Shown: one piece after another, positions 35,058-48,526 of the stretch | Layout of the letters: each line of letters begins with the position of its first letter | Numbering within the stretch: position 1 is the first letter of the stretch | NCBI GenBank assembly: GCA_026936335.1 | Contig: JAPMXV010000008.1 | Coordinates: 278,177-342,176 of the forward strand | DNA: 64,000 nucleotides | Reading direction: 5' to 3' | From: Mantamonas sphyraenae STR306 | Taxonomy: Eukaryota; Protista; CRuMs | Notes under the pieces: generated by a model | What the model was told of the DNA's origin: nothing | Database searches by the model: none | What the model saw: the letters and a program-made list of their open reading frames with translations, nothing else | Translations under genes and position numbers: made by a program

Positions 35058-38000
35058 TCACATGCCGACGTCATCCAAAGCCTCACGAAGGCTGTTGCCG
35101 AGTTCACTGGCCATCATCATCTGGTTGTTTGTGTTGTTGCCATGACTCCTGGAGCTGCCTGCGCTTCGATGGCTGGACACGCTAGAGGAGTCGAAAAACT
35201 CGTACTGCTGCTGCTGCTGCTGCTGCTGTGTTTGCTGTGTCTGCTGCGTGAAGAAGGATTGCTGGCCGCCCCGTCCTTGCTGGGAGCCCGAATTTGTCCC
35301 TTGCATTCGCCCACCTGTGGAGGCAGTGACTGCACGCACGAGCTCCTTCATGTCTTTGAGCTCGGCCTCCTTTTGCTGCAACTCCACGGTAAGGCGGTTG
35401 AGCGAGTAGTCGTGATTCTTCATCTCGCGCTCACGGCGCTGCAGCGCCCCTTCCAGCGCCTGTACCTGCTGTACCTTGTTCTTCAATTCGGCTTCAGTCC
35501 ACTTGAGGCGGTCCTTGAGCGATTTCGACTCGACGCCTGCTTCTTCTGCGCGTCGTTGCTGCTGCCGCCTCTGCTCCTCCAGGGCCACCACTTCGCGGGC
35601 CTTGCCCTGCATGTACCCGTTGACCTGACTCAGCTCGCTGTTGAGCTGCTGCAGCAACATGTCCTTGCTCTCCAACTCGTTGGCCTGCTCCTTGAGGCGT
35701 GTCTGCACCTGTGCCAGATGCTGTTCCAGCTGGCCCACAAGCTGTGTTTGAGTCTGCAGCTCGTTGTTGCTCTGCTCCAGATTCACTCGAGCACTCTCCA
35801 GTTCCACAATGCGCTCGTCGCGTTCGTTCTGCACACTCTCAAACGCCTCGACGGAGACCATGCGCATCTGCTCCTCTTGCAGCTCGGTGTTGCGCTGTTG
35901 CAGCACCTGAATGGCCTGTTGGGCCTCCTGCAGCAAGGCCTGCATGCCTTGCATACGCTCCTGCATCTGATCTGACTCGTGGTAGCCACTGTTCAGTTGG
36001 GCCTGCAGGGTTTGGCGCGCCTGCTCCGTCTCCTGAAGCTTCTTGGTGATGATCAATGTGGCCTTTCGGATGACTGCCAGTCCCTGTTCGCCTGCATACA
36101 TGTGGCTATTGAGGGCCCTGCTATCGCCACGACGCTGGGCAGCGTGCCAGGCAAAGCTCTTTTGGCCTCGGACGAGGGAAGCCATGAGATTGAAGTTGAA
36201 CATGCTGTCTGCGTTGACGATGTTGCGAGTGCTGCCGCAAAAGTGCTTGACGAGCTCAAAGATCTGCGAAGCCTCACCTTCGTGCTTGTGCTTGTCGGAG
36301 GACATGAGTTTGCTGGTGTACACCTCCATGGGATCGTTGCTGTTGCTGCTGGACCTCCTGCTGTGGCTGGCGCTGCCTGATGATGCACCCGACTGTTTGC
36401 GTACATACTGTTGCAGTGGGGTGTCGGGAAACAGGATGGGAATACGAGGGTCATCGCTCACCGAATCTGCTTCGAGTACAAACAGGCGTTCGCCACCGAC
36501 AAGGACACTGCGTCCCACCAAGCTACTCTTTTGAGCACCCAAGAAGCGCATGCGGTTGGCCGCGATGATGTACAAGGCCACGACGCGCAGAGTGAGACGG
36601 GGCTTGCCCGAGTCGCCCTGGCGTTCAGCCAGAACGCCCGAAGTGGCCTGGACCAAATCGTACACTGCGTCACGGAGACGTTGCAGAGAGCGAGCGCGTT
36701 GTTCCAATATGGCTTTCTCGTGTGTGAGCACCTGCAGACGGCGTGAGGTGGGCAGAAGGATGCGCATGGCCAGGCGCAGGGCGTGAAAGAGCTGGTCGGC
36801 GTGGACGAGACTGGCATTCAGCTTTTCGTTGCGCTTCTCGCCGTCTTCCTCCATCTTGGCCATGGCCGCACGCAGGTCCTCGTTTGCCGCCTTGAGCTCG
36901 TTGGCCTTGTCCTTGAGGGCGTCGTAGTCGTTTTGCAGCCTGTCCAGAGCGTGCTGTTCGTTTTTGCCCCTGGTGAGCTTGTCCTTGGCAGCAGCAATTT
37001 GAGACTCGTAGTTGGCTTCCATGCGTTGGGCACGCGCCAGCTGGGTTTCCAGACGAGCGATCTGGTCGCGCATGGCCTCCTCGGCAGCGATGGCACCGGC
37101 GACGCGCTTGCCCAACAGCTGTTGGGTCAATTCCCAGTTGTCGTTGGATGCCTGGCCGGTCATGGCTTCGATCTGCTGCGAGGTGGCGTAGCTGGAGGCC
37201 ATGGAGTGTACGCTTGCGGCGTCGCTGGTGTCGTTTGCACCACGGACGTCGGTGCTTGCGTAGAGCTTGGCGGTGATGTCCTGGAAGAAGCGGGTGCGAG
37301 CTTGGATCTCCTGACGAGCACGCGAAAGTTGGGCTTGGACGTCGTTGAGCTGTTGCTGGTGCTTGTTGCGGTGGCGGTTGTGGTGGTCCATGTCCTTTTC
37401 CATCTCCTCCATTTGACGCTTCATGTCGTTGAGCTCAGCCTTTGCGTTGTCCACCTCTGCCTGGCGGGTGTGTGTTTCGTGGAGCTGGGCCTCGAGCTGC
37501 TGGATGTGTGCGTGGAATTGGTGCAGCTCCTGGGTGACGGCCTGGAGCTGGCGCTCGTGCTCACGGGCCGCGTTGTGTGGGTCACTGATGTTGCCCATGG
37601 CGTGGGTCCAGTCGTCGAGTTGGGATTGCAACTGATGTACCTGCTGGTGCAGGTTCTGGTTCTCGTGGCTGGCACGGTGTTCTGCGCGTTGGCTCTCCTC
37701 GAGTTGTGCCTGCAGCTCGCCCATGCGGCTTTCCAGGTGGACCTTTTCGGTTTTGAGTACGGCTGCTTCGGTGATGTTTTGCTGGTAGATGGCCAGCTGC
37801 TGGTGGTCGGCGCGGAACTGTTCAACTTGGTCCTGCAGCAGGGTGATTTTGTTTTCGTAAGTGGCGACGGTGTTCTGGGCCTGGGTGTGTGCCTTTTGGA
37901 GCATCTGTGGGCAGGTGAGGGGAAAGAGGGGAAATCGAGAGTGTGCGTCCCAGTTGCGGTGGTGTGAGCAGGCGAGGTGTGGTGTTGGGCGAGGAGGAAG

Positions 38001-38888
38001 TGGTAAACACGGTCAACGGGTGTGGGATTTGGCCAGATTTGGCGCTCACCTCGTTTTGGCTGGCCACGGCGTTGAGCTGGACGGCAACATCGTTGTAGCG
38101 GCGTCGATAGGTTTCGTTTTCGTCGTGGAGGACGAGGACCTTGTTGTTCATCTGTCGGATGGTCTCGTTGAGCTGGCGGACCTTGTTTTGGGCCATGGTG
38201 TTTGCCTCGCGGTGGCGCCTGCGCGTGGCTTTGAGCTGCTTGGACAGGTTTGCAATCTGCACGGGGCGGCGGAGGTGGACGGGAGGCGGTTGAGGGTGTG
38301 AGCAGGGAATGGGAGGAGGTGGTGGGGTGGTGCTGTGGGTGGGGGAAGATAGGCAAGGGACACGGACCTCTTGCGAGAGTTTGAAGTTGTCAGTCTCGTG
38401 GAGCTGGTTGTCGGCCTGGTAGGCCTGCAGCTTGGCGTCGATCTCGGCCATCTGGATGCTGTGGCTCTGTGCTTCGCGCAGCTTGCTTTGCTCGAGCTGG
38501 ATGTACTCGCTCTGGAGGGCGCTGTGGTGGGTATGCAGCGGGGCAAAACGGAGGAAGCGCGAGAGCGTGTCAACGGTCGCTCGTCGTTTTGCCGAGGTGC
38601 GCAGAAAGGGCCATGGAAGGGGAAGACGCGACGGGGGGAAAGCACAGGTGATGAAAAGCGCAGAATAGGGGGCGGGGTGGTGTGTGGCGAAGGGGGGATG
38701 GCAGGCTGGCTAGATGTCACGTACGCATTGTGTTGTTCCAGCTGCTTGATTTTGGCCTGGAGCTCCTCGGCCTCCATGCGAGCTTCACGGCCCTGGATGG
38801 CGTGTCGCTCTTCCAACAACCCCAGCTGCGTCTGGAGATTGTGCACCTCCTGGAGCTGGATCTTGCTGGCCTTGCTGCTTGTGGACAT
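35058..38888 (-). CDS. Long coiled-coil protein, CCDC171-like
   Basis: Multi-exon coiled coil; LRVVALYIIAANRM resembles the CCDC171 'VIAVLAANRL' motif; poly-Q near C-terminus. Confidence 0.6.
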
Positions 38889-38931
38889 TGGCTGCGCGTG
38901 CGCTCGTGGAGACAAACCAACGCGAATCACA

Positions 38932-40177
38932 ATGCAGAAGAAGATTGTGTGCCTTGTGCTGATTGCTATGGCCGCGCTTGCCCTGGGCAGCCGTGCCGGT
39001 GCCTCGATGGAGTTTGTCCGCGAGAGCCAGCGCCTGATTGATGAGATCAACTCCAAGCCGACCACCTGGAAGGCAGGCTTCAACGACGCCTTCCTGGGCT
39101 GGACCCGCGATGTACGTGTGCGCGTGTGCGAGTGTGTAGGGAGTCCAGCAGACGCAGTGTGCGACAGCAGCATGTTCTATGTGGAGAAAGAGGGGGGGGC
39201 GTGCGAATGCGCGCAATCCACGCCTTTTTTTTCGTCCAAAGCAATCGTTTGCGTTTGGGCGAAATCGGGCGCTGGAGGTGTGAGGGCAGGCGTGTGGGTG
39301 TGCACACGTGCGGAAATGGACACTGACAGTGCGCACGCATGCATTCGAACAGGACCTGAAGCGCCTGACGGGCACTGTGCTGCAGGAGCCGTCGATGGCT
39401 GTGAAGACGATGCCCACGAAGGAGATGGAGCTGGAGAACTTTGAGGCCCCGGACACTTTTGACTCTCGCCAGCAGTGGCCCGAGTGCAAGAGCATCGGAG
39501 AGATCCGCAACCAAGCCGAGTGCGGCGCCTGCTGGGCTTTTGGCTGCGTGGAGGCTGTGACGGACCGCTACTGCATCGCTTCGGCCAACCACTCGAACCC
39601 GATCCTGTCGGCTCAGTACCTGACGACGTGCGATCAGATGGACAACGGCTGCGACGGAGGCAACCTGCAGACGGCGTGGGAGTTTGTGAAGGAGAACGGT
39701 CTGCCCACTGTGGAGTGCCAGCCTTTCACTGTCAAGTCGTGCCCGCCGGAGCAGCAGCCGTGCCTGCCGCCGTTCCAGCCGACGCCGCAGTGCCGCCAGG
39801 AGTGCTACGGTAACGAGACCGGCCCCATCAAGCAGAAGTACTACGTGAACGACGTGTACAGCGTGGGCGGCATCTTTGGCGCCGAGAAGAAGATCCAGGC
39901 TGAGATCATGGCCCACGGCCCGATCGAGGCTTCGATGACCGTGTACGAGGACTTTGTGCACTACAAGAGCGGTGTGTACCAGCACCAGAGCGGCCAGGCT
40001 CTGGGTGGCCATGCCATCAAGATGATCGGCTGGGGTGAGGAGAACGGCACGCCGTACTGGCTGCTGGCCAACTCCTGGACCACCACGTGGGGCGACCAGG
40101 GTTTCTTCAAGATCCTGCGCGGCCACGACGAGTGCGGCATCGAGCATGGCTGCGTGGCCGGCACTGTCCGCGTTTGA
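38932..40177 (+). CDS. CTSB: Cathepsin B-like cysteine protease (C1A)
   Basis: Signal peptide; WKAGFN; FDSRQQWPEC; IRNQAECGACWAF; GCDGG; GGHAIKMIGWG; YWLLANSW; intron ~39112-39353. Confidence 0.93.
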
Positions 40178-40240
40178 AGGGGGAAGCAATGAACTGCTGA
40201 GCTGCAAAAACAGTTTGTTTGTTGGATTGGCTCATGTGGC

Positions 40241-41657
40241 TCACTTGTGGGTCACCTTGAGGTTGCCATAGGCGCCCTCGACGACGCTGGTGTTGAGGAG
40301 CTCGATGTCTGCGTTGACCATGTCCTCGACAAGTTCTTGGAAGCTAATCTGGGGCTTCCAGCCGAGCTTCTCCTCGGCGTAGCTTGCGTCGCCGAGGAGG
40401 TTGTTGACCTCTGTGGGACGGAAGTACTGCTCGTCGATGCGAACGACCACCTGGCCGACGAGATCGCCCAGGCGGTCCTGGTCGTCGTCGGACACGCCAG
40501 TGACCTTGCCAACCTCGTCGGTTCCCTCGCCCTCCCATCCGATGGTGACGCCGACGACGCCAAAGGACTTTTCAACAAACTCGCGCACGCTGTGTCCTTC
40601 GTTTGTGGCGACGACATAGTCGTCGGGCTCGTCCTGCTGAAGCATCATGTGCATCATGCGGACGTAGTCCTTGGCATGGCCCCAATCACGTGTGGCGTCC
40701 AGGTTGCCCAGGTAGAGGCAGCGCTGGGTTTGGTTGTAGATGCGAGCGACGGCACGAGTGATCTTGCGGGTGACAAAGGTGGGGCCGCGACGAGGGGACT
40801 CGTGGTTGAAGAGGATGCCGTTTGAGGCGTGCATGCCGTAGGCCTGGCGGTAGTTGACGACAATCCAGTAGGCAAACTGCTTGGCGACAGCGTAAGGGCT
40901 ACGCGGGTAGAACGGGGTCTTTTCGGTTTGGGCTTCCTCGTAGATGCCGCCGTAGAGCTCGCTGGTGGAAGCCTGATAAAAGCGACACGTCTCTGTGAGG
41001 CCGTTGGCGCGGATGGCTTCGAGCAGACGCAAGACACCGAGGGCATCGACGTCTGCGGTGTAGGTGGGCATGTCAAAGGAGACACGCACGTGGCTCTGTG
41101 CGGCCAGGTTGTACACCTCGGTGGGCTGGACCTCGCGGATGATTGCGTTCAGGTTGGAAAGATCGGTCATGTCACCGTAGTGGAGGATCATGTCTGTGTG
41201 ACGGGTGTGTGGAGATGAAAGGGGTTAGGGGGGAAGGGGGGGGGACACGGTGGGATGGCCATTGCAGCGGGGTCACGGGTTGTGGACGGGAGCAGACGGC
41301 ATCGCGTCGGGGAACCTGGACCCGGCTGAAGCGGAAAAAACGTACGCTTGGACGAGACGTGCGGGTCCTCATACAGATGCTCAATGCGGCCTGTGTTGAA
41401 GGAGCTGGAGCGACGCATGATTCCATGGACGGTGTAGCCACGCTCGATGAGGAACTCGGCGAGGTAGGAGCCGTCCTGTGTGGCCGAGGGGTCGCGAGGG
41501 AAATGCGTGAGGAGGCTGGGTTTTTTGGCGGTGCCTACAGATGCGTAGGTGGGGTGGGCTGGAAGAGAGGGATGCGGGAAACAGAGGGATTCATATGTAC
41601 CTGTCCTGTGATGCCTGTGATGAGGGCCACCTTGGGGCGTTCTTCGCTCTGGCTCAT
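40241..41657 (-). CDS. GMDS: GDP-mannose 4,6-dehydratase
   Basis: [61 protein letters not shown]; two introns. Confidence 0.97.
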
Positions 41658-41801
41658 GTGCAAATACGGGTTGGGGTGGGCGAGGAGCCGCCGCGGGAGC
41701 GGAGATGGAGATGTTGGAGGAGGAAGGATGCGCATGAGCCAATAGACTATGTGGGAGGTGGGAGGTCAAGGATCGGAGGAGGAGAGTGTGGGAGAGGGGT
41801 G

Positions 41802-42660
41802 TTAGGGTGTGGTGGAGCTGGAAGGAGATGAAGACGGTGAGGGAGCCTCGCTGGAGCTGTTTGTGGCGCTGGAGGAGGTGTCGTCGCTGCTGTTGGTCGA
41901 TTCCGAGGCGCTGGTGCTCTGGGATGGCTTCCAAGTGATACGGAGGATGTAGAGAAGCTCGTTCTTTGCCCTTCGCTTGCGGACAACCTTTGTGTGCATG
42001 CCAAAGGCATCGACGGCGACGGCAATGTCCTGGAGCTTGTTTTCCTTGACGGCAACAAGGTAGAAGCAGCCGTGTGGAGAGAGGAGGTGTGGGAGGAGGG
42101 GGAGGAGGGGATCAAGCTCGGCGCGGCCTTGAGGTCCACCAGCCCAGGCCATGGTGATGTCGCCCTTTGTGACGAGAGCACGGCCTTGCAGGTACTCTTC
42201 TTGGGTGGTGGGCACGTAGGGAGGATTGAAGATGAGGACGTCGATGTGGCCGGCGAGGCGACCGAGTCCGCGGGTAAACTCTGTGTTGACGGCGTGGACG
42301 TGGACACCGTTGGCCTTTGCTGTGCGAGTCAATGCCCGGGTGGCGTTGGGATTGAGGTCTGTGCCCACATAGGTGCGGTCGTCGCCAAGGAGCTGTGCAA
42401 GAAAGGTGATCACACAGCCCGAGCCGCACCTGGATGCCGAGGGAGTGACGAGTGGGTGAGTGGGAATGACAGGGAGAGATGGACACCATCACAGGAACAT
42501 ACCCGATCTCGACACAGAGCTGAGGGTCGACGGTGTCGCAGAGATAGTCGCGTTCGTCTTGGAGAGCGTCGAGAAGGAGAAAGGTGTCCTCCTGGGGCTC
42601 GTAGACGTGCTCAAAGTCGTCTTGGGTGAGGTGAGAGAGGTCGGGTGTGGGAAGGGACAT
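41802..42660 (-). CDS. N6AMT1: HemK2/Mtq2 eRF1 glutamine methyltransferase
   Basis: [22 protein letters not shown] across an intron, [13 protein letters not shown]. Confidence 0.93.
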
Positions 42661-42719
42661 GTGTGGAGAGGCTGCGAATGTGGACGGAAGGATTCATTGT
42701 GTGCGCCCGGGTTGGCGAC

Positions 42720-45700
42720 TCACTTTGCGACCTTGCCGCCGAGGAGCCAGAGCATGCCTTGGTGGAAGCGATCAGCATAGTCAGCGTCTGCGCTGCGTGT
42801 GGCAAGGCGGTGGAGGCCGCCGGACGGGGCGACACAGAGCTCGACGAGGTGGACGGTGTCAAAGGAGCTCTCGGCAGACATGTAGAGGGTGGTGGTGCCA
42901 TCTGGGGCGGGCTTCTTGACGACGCTGAAGACGTTGTTCTCCTCGAGGAAGGCCTCGAGGGTGTCGACGTCTGTGGTGTGGATGGAGCTGAGGTCTGAGC
43001 CACGTTCGGTGGCGTCGTCGATGCTCTTCCAAGAGCTGACAAACTCTTTGCGGCCCAGGGGACCGGCCTGTGTGAGGAAGAGATAGAAGGGCACCATGGT
43101 CTGGAAGTAGTAGACCTTGACGTTGTTCTTGATGGCGACCTGGAGGGCCGGGTTCTCGCCGCCTCGCTTGCCGTTTGTGTTGAGACGGATGGTGCCCTGG
43201 CCCGAGGCGCCATTGAGGACTGTGTTCTGGTCGCCAATGCGCAGGGCCTCTGTAGGCTGAAGGCCGTACTGGTTGACGTTGAACTGGACGGCAAAGTCGT
43301 TGAGGGGACTCTGGGAGCCGTTGCCGATGCGATAGCTCATGACAAGGTCACCTCCGGCGCGCCAGAAGGAGACAGCAACCTGCATGCCGTTGCCCTTGTC
43401 GAGAGGAAGGACGGTGACGTGCGGGATGAGGTGTGTGTACTTGGGCTGTGCGTCGCTGCCTGAGGAGGCGGATTCTTGGGCCTCAAACATAGCGAGGCCA
43501 CTGGAGGAGGAGGAGGAGGAGGAGGGAGAGGCGGTTGTGTTGTCGCCAATGCTGATGAGGTCTTCTCCATTGTCGCCGTCGGCGTCTTCGGTGTCTTCGT
43601 CGCCGTAGTTGACCTGGCCCTGGTTTTGGGCTTCGTCGTCGACGACGTAGTCGTCTGCTTCGTCCTCGCTCTCTCCCTCGTCCTCCTCGGCAAGAAGGCG
43701 GAGGGTGGCGGAGATAAGTTCAGGGGGCTGGTGGTAGACGGAGGCGAGGGACGGGATGTCCTCGAGGAGGTCGTTGACGAGGCCCTGGTCAAGATCCTGG
43801 AACTGGGGATTGATGAGGGGCGTCTCACCGAGGATGACCTCTGCGGCGGCCTCTGGGTCGGCCTTGAGGAGGCGCCAGTACATGTAGCCACGGTCACGGA
43901 GATCAGGGTTGTCGGTTTCGTCTGTGCAGAGGCGCATGACCTCCTTGACAAAGTCCTGGCCCTCGGGCGTGGGTTCCTTGAGGAACATTTTCAGGGAGGC
44001 TGTGAGGAAGGCCAGCTGCACCTGGGGCGGCTCCTCTTCAAAGGATTCGAGGAAGCCGTCGAGCATGGTGTCTGCGCCGTCGATTTGGTCTGAGTACTCG
44101 CCAAGGATCCAGACCATGGCAGCCTTTGCCTCGGGTTCATCCAGGGTTTCCAGCTCGGCGCAGAGGATTTCGATGACGCTTTCGTAGCGTTGAGGATAGC
44201 GTCGGAAGATGTCCTGTGAGAAGGGTTAGGGGTGGAGGGGGAAGGAGGTGTGTCAGGAGGAGACGAGGGGGTCGGGACAGAGGGAATGGGCACGTACGCG
44301 GAGGACAACGATGCACTCTTGGACGACGTAGTCAATGCCTGTTTTGATGAGGTCGACGAGGGTGTCGACGCAGCGGTCTGCAGTGCGTTCGAGCTTGATG
44401 GCGCAGCGGCCAATGGCCCGGACGGCCTTGCGGACGTAGTCGAGATCGACCTGCTGTGCATAACTGGAAAGGGAGAGGGAAGGAAGCGGTGGGGGGGAGA
44501 GGGAGGGGGGGGGGGTTGGAGTGAGGGTGAGGGTGAGACAAAGGACAAGGGGGAAGGAGCGGGCGGGATGGGAGCGGAATCGGGAGGGAAAAACGAAAGG
44601 GACGAGAGAGAGGGCGGGGGGTTTTCGGCCCACGTACTCTTTAAACTCGAGGAGGAGCTGGTCGATGTTGCGTTCTGTGGCGAGGCGGACAAGGATGTCG
44701 ATCTTTTCAATCTTGACAAAGATGGGGTCTGTGAAGACGCAGTAGAAGACGCGCGTCTCGTGAGCGAGAATCTCGGGCCGGCGCTGGATGAGGAGCTGGA
44801 TGACGCGAAGGGCGACATACTGGATCTCGGCGGGTGCGTTGAGGAGAGTGATGAGCGGGCCGCTCATCTTCTTGCAGTAGCTGCGCACAGTCTCCTCGTC
44901 GGTGATGCTCTCGAGGTTCTTCATGATCACTTTGACGGCGGAGAGGACGACGGCACTGTTGGCGTGCTGGAGACGGGCAGAGACACGTTCGCAGACGGTG
45001 CTGGCGGCGTAATCGTCCTCCGGGGTGTAGTTGACGAGGGCGTCGAGGATGTAGACCTGACCCCACTCTGTGCACTCGTTGAGGGCGGTGAGAAGAGTGT
45101 TGAGCATCTGGGAGGTGATGCTAAAGTCGACCTCGCGGCGGCGCTTGGACATCTCTGAGAGGGCAGCGACGGCGTTGGCAATGACCATGGCGTTGGAGTC
45201 ACTGAGCATATCCTGGAGGTCGTCGACAAAGCCCGAGTCCTCGACGATTTCCGGGTCGACGGCGTGGAGTTTGGCGATGGCAATGGCCACGGTCTTGCGG
45301 ACGTAGGGGTCCGAGTCGGAGACACACTTGCGGAGGACCGGGACAAGGTACTCGGCGACGTCAGAGACGTTGAGGCAGCTCATGGTGCGGAGGGCGAGGG
45401 CACGGAGGAGGGGTTTGGTGTTGTTTGCGTCCTCGGTGAAGGCTGCAATGGAGAGAATCACGAGCTCGGGCCGAGTGGTGGCGTAGTTTGTGATGTAGAG
45501 GTAGATGAGCTTCTTGAGCTCGGGGTCATGGGTGTTGATGTTGTTGAGCACGTCCATGAAGACAATGGACATGTCCTTGCCGAGGGTCATGAGCGCGATG
45601 ATGCGCTTCACGGCGAGTTTCTTGTCGTCCACGGACTTTTTCGCCAGTTGCTCACGCAGCTCGTTGATTTCACCTTTGGTACCGTGAAAGTAGCGGCGTT

Positions 45701-45746
45701 GCATGTTTGCACTCGAAGGTGCTCCGGATTTCTTCTTGCCCGACAT
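42720..45746 (-). CDS. AP-1/AP-2 complex beta subunit (beta-adaptin)
   Basis: ELKKLIYLY, RALALRTM, DPYVRKT, LNECTEWGQV, WILGEYS, NPDLRDRGYMYWRLL, appendage domain LQVAIKNN; two introns. Confidence 0.95.
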
Positions 45747-46200
45747 GGTTGTGTTTGGATGGGTGGGGTTGGGCAGGAACGGGAGATACAGATTGAGAGG
45801 GACGCGGTTGGAAGGTGCAAGGTGGAAGTGGGGAGCGGGGTTGAGGCTTAGGGAGTTGGGGGTGGAGGTCGTGGTGGGAAAGGTCATCGCAACTCAAGTT
45901 TGGGAGAGATTTTGGAAAATCTGCTTTTCCACGCTCGCCGCTGCATGAGAGAGCAACGAGTGATGTGGGTAGGACTGTGGAGGATGGGGCTTTTTAGGTG
46001 TGTGCAATTGCTCGAGGGGCGTCAAAGAGGGCAAAAGTGGTCTGTGGCGTTTGACAGCGAGGGGGGGAGAGATTGACGTTTGACAAGCGACTCGCCGTGA
46101 AAAGCGGCGGCTGGCCACGGTGCGCAGGTGGAGTCAAGAGTTGCAAACAAGCAGCAGAGTGTGCAGAACACATTGAAGAACAAAGAGAAGAACAACAAGG

Positions 46201-46878
46201 ATGAGCTACCTCAAGAAGTTGACATCAAGCAGGACATTCAAAGTGAAGTGCGAAGGCTGCGAGGAGAGTGCCGAGCATTGCATCCAGGGGTGCGACTGCG
46301 AGCTGCACGAATATTGTGACGAGGTGGTGAACACTGCGTACATCCCGCTGATCGACTTTTCGGTGGCCAAGCTGAGCAGGCGGCATGTGAGCTGGGCGGA
46401 GTTTTCGGGGGACATCCGGTTGCCGCTGGAGGATCTGGCGCACCTGATCCTGACCGTGATGGATCTGGACAGGGCGGTGCTGCCGTATGCACTGGCTCTG
46501 ATGCGACGTCTGCTGGAGGCGAATGGGTCGTTGGTTGTTTCGGTGAATAATGCTGCCAGGATGCTGGTGGTGACGATGCTGCTGGCACAGAAGATGCTGA
46601 CGGATGTGCCATACACAAACTCAATGTGGGCTAAGCTGACGGGCTTTTCGCTGGACAAGCTGAACGGTATGGAGCGCGAGCTGATTGCGCTGCTGGAATG
46701 GCGGCTGACTGTGGATCAGGAGGAGATCGACGAGTTGATGGGGGTCTACGGAGACGAAAACGATTGTGTGGAGCTGGAATCGGCTTACGGGAGCAGGAGT
46801 AGCTCTGGGGATGGCTCGGAGGAGACCAACGACGTGGACTCTTGGGACTGGCTGGATTTGGAGGAGGTGGAAATGTGA
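46201..46878 (+). CDS. PHO80/PCL-like (cyclin U/P) cyclin
   Basis: RMLVVTMLLAQKMLTDVPYTNSMWAK...LNGMERELIALLEWRL cyclin-box motif. Confidence 0.82.
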   Translation: MSYLKKLTSSRTFKVKCEGCEESAEHCIQGCDCELHEYCDEVVNTAYIPLIDFSVAKLSRRHVSWAEFSGDIRLPLEDLAHLILTVMDLDRAVLPYALALMRRLLEANGSLVVSVNNAARMLVVTMLLAQKMLTDVPYTNSMWAKLTGFSLDKLNGMERELIALLEWRLTVDQEEIDELMGVYGDENDCVELESAYGSRSSSGDGSEETNDVDSWDWLDLEEVEM

Positions 46879-46915
46879 ATGTGAAGTGGAATGTACAAAG
46901 AGGAATCTGAATTAT

Positions 46916-47440
46916 TCACACAAAGCCATCGAGGACCATCAACAGGGTGTCTGCGCCACCGCCCATGGCCAGAGCGCGTTCCGCGAGTTCCATCTCGTCA
47001 TTTAGGGCGACGGCCTCGTCGTTGAGCTGTTGCAGGGGAGCAGTGTTGCTGGACAGGTGATCCAAGGTGGATTTCTGGGCATCGGCCTCCTTCTCGAGGC
47101 GAGCTTGGGCCTTGCGCACGGCGTGGAGGTCGCGGCGCAGAGATTCGACTTGTTGGCTTGCCTGGGTGACCGCTTCTTGTGCCTCCACCTCGGCCGTGTC
47201 CAGAACGGCAGTGTGCTCCTGAGACGCAGTCTTGCCTGTGGCCAGCTGGGCCGAACGCATGTCGAGCCAGTTTTCTTTGTCGGTGGTCTTTGTGCGCAAT
47301 TTGGCAAGACGTGTCTCGGCCTGGTCGACCGCCTGACGCAGCGCCTCTGTGCGTCGCTCCAGTTCATCTGAGTCCATGCTCAGTGCCTCTTGCATGCTCA
47401 GTGCACCCAGTGGCATCGTCTCCTCCACGTTGCTCGTCAT
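46916..47440 (-). CDS. Small coiled-coil hypothetical protein
   Basis: ORF from MTSNVEETM; heptad-rich; first ~22 codons lie within the duplicated block. Confidence 0.55.
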   Translation of the reverse strand: MTSNVEETMPLGALSMQEALSMDSDELERRTEALRQAVDQAETRLAKLRTKTTDKENWLDMRSAQLATGKTASQEHTAVLDTAEVEAQEAVTQASQQVESLRRDLHAVRKAQARLEKEADAQKSTLDHLSSNTAPLQQLNDEAVALNDEMELAERALAMGGGADTLLMVLDGFV

Positions 47441-47520
47441 TGCTCTCTTCCTTCCTCGTTGGATGCCCCCGCGCGCCAAAACCAAACGGTTAAGCCGAGA
47501 AATCCCCACGTTTGAAAACC

Positions 47521-48188
47521 ATGGACCTCGCACACGCCACAGATCTCTTTGCATCAGCAGCCGACGAGCTGGCCCTCATCAAGGGCATTCACAAGGATGA
47601 GCGCGCCCTGGACAAGGCCGCACGCAAGCAACAGGCTGCTCTGGATGCGCAGTTGCAAGGTGAGTGAGAGTGGACGTCAGGCGAATGGTTGACACCTGCT
47701 GGCACACGCTGACACTTGGACACGAAATCTGGATGGGATGGGATGGGATGGGCACTGCAGAGCTGCGTGCACGTGTCAACACATTGCAAGAGTCGGCCAC
47801 ACGCGGTGAGACCGGTGAGGAGCACAAGGAGGCGATGTTCCAGCTGCGCCAGGACCTGCGCACGCTGCAGTCCCAGCTGCTGGCCATGGAGACCGAAAAG
47901 GCGTCGATGCAGGACAAACTGGCCGAGTACAGCATCCGTGCTGATGAGCTGGAGAGCCAGCTGGCTGAACTGGAACAGACCGAGTTGGACGTGGAGCCCG
48001 GGATGGCCGGCAAGGTCGACCTGTACTACGAGATCACACGCATCAAGTGGGACTATGACAACATTGGCAAGTGCAAGGGCACGGTGCACAACACAGATCA
48101 CCTCAAGCCCTTTGATCTTCCGCTGGGGTTGACGGGCGACGTGGATTTCAAGACAACCAACACGCTCTGGGCTCTGATTGACGCATGA
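47521..48188 (+). CDS. SPC24: Spc24-like (copy 2)
   Basis: Same as copy 1 except a visible T to A change at residue 18. Confidence 0.75.
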
Positions 48189-48526
48189 GAGGAGACAGAT
48201 GGGGGAAAGGGGGAGGGACGCAGACACAGTGCCATGCCATTTGTACAGAAGAGTGGCCGATTGGAATGGGAATGAATGCCGGGATGACGAGATATGAGGG
48301 CCGGTCAGGGAGGATGGGTGTGTTGCAAGGGTCCAGCATCCATGCGGCGGGGTCTATGGCAAGGCAACGTCGAACACAGCGCTCTGCAGGTGCCATGATC
48401 ACACACACCATGCACAAGCAACCCAGGAGCAAGGGAAACGACCAAGCACATGGTTGAGCAATGGAAATGTCCGATGTGTGAAGGAGATGATGTGAAGCCC
48501 CTTGCATTGTTGTGATGTCTGTGTGC

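Noticed and set aside
41802-42660. NPPY protein as a DNA adenine methyltransferase partnering the MT-A70 gene
   Set aside because: Motifs match HemK2/Mtq2, an eRF1 protein glutamine methyltransferase
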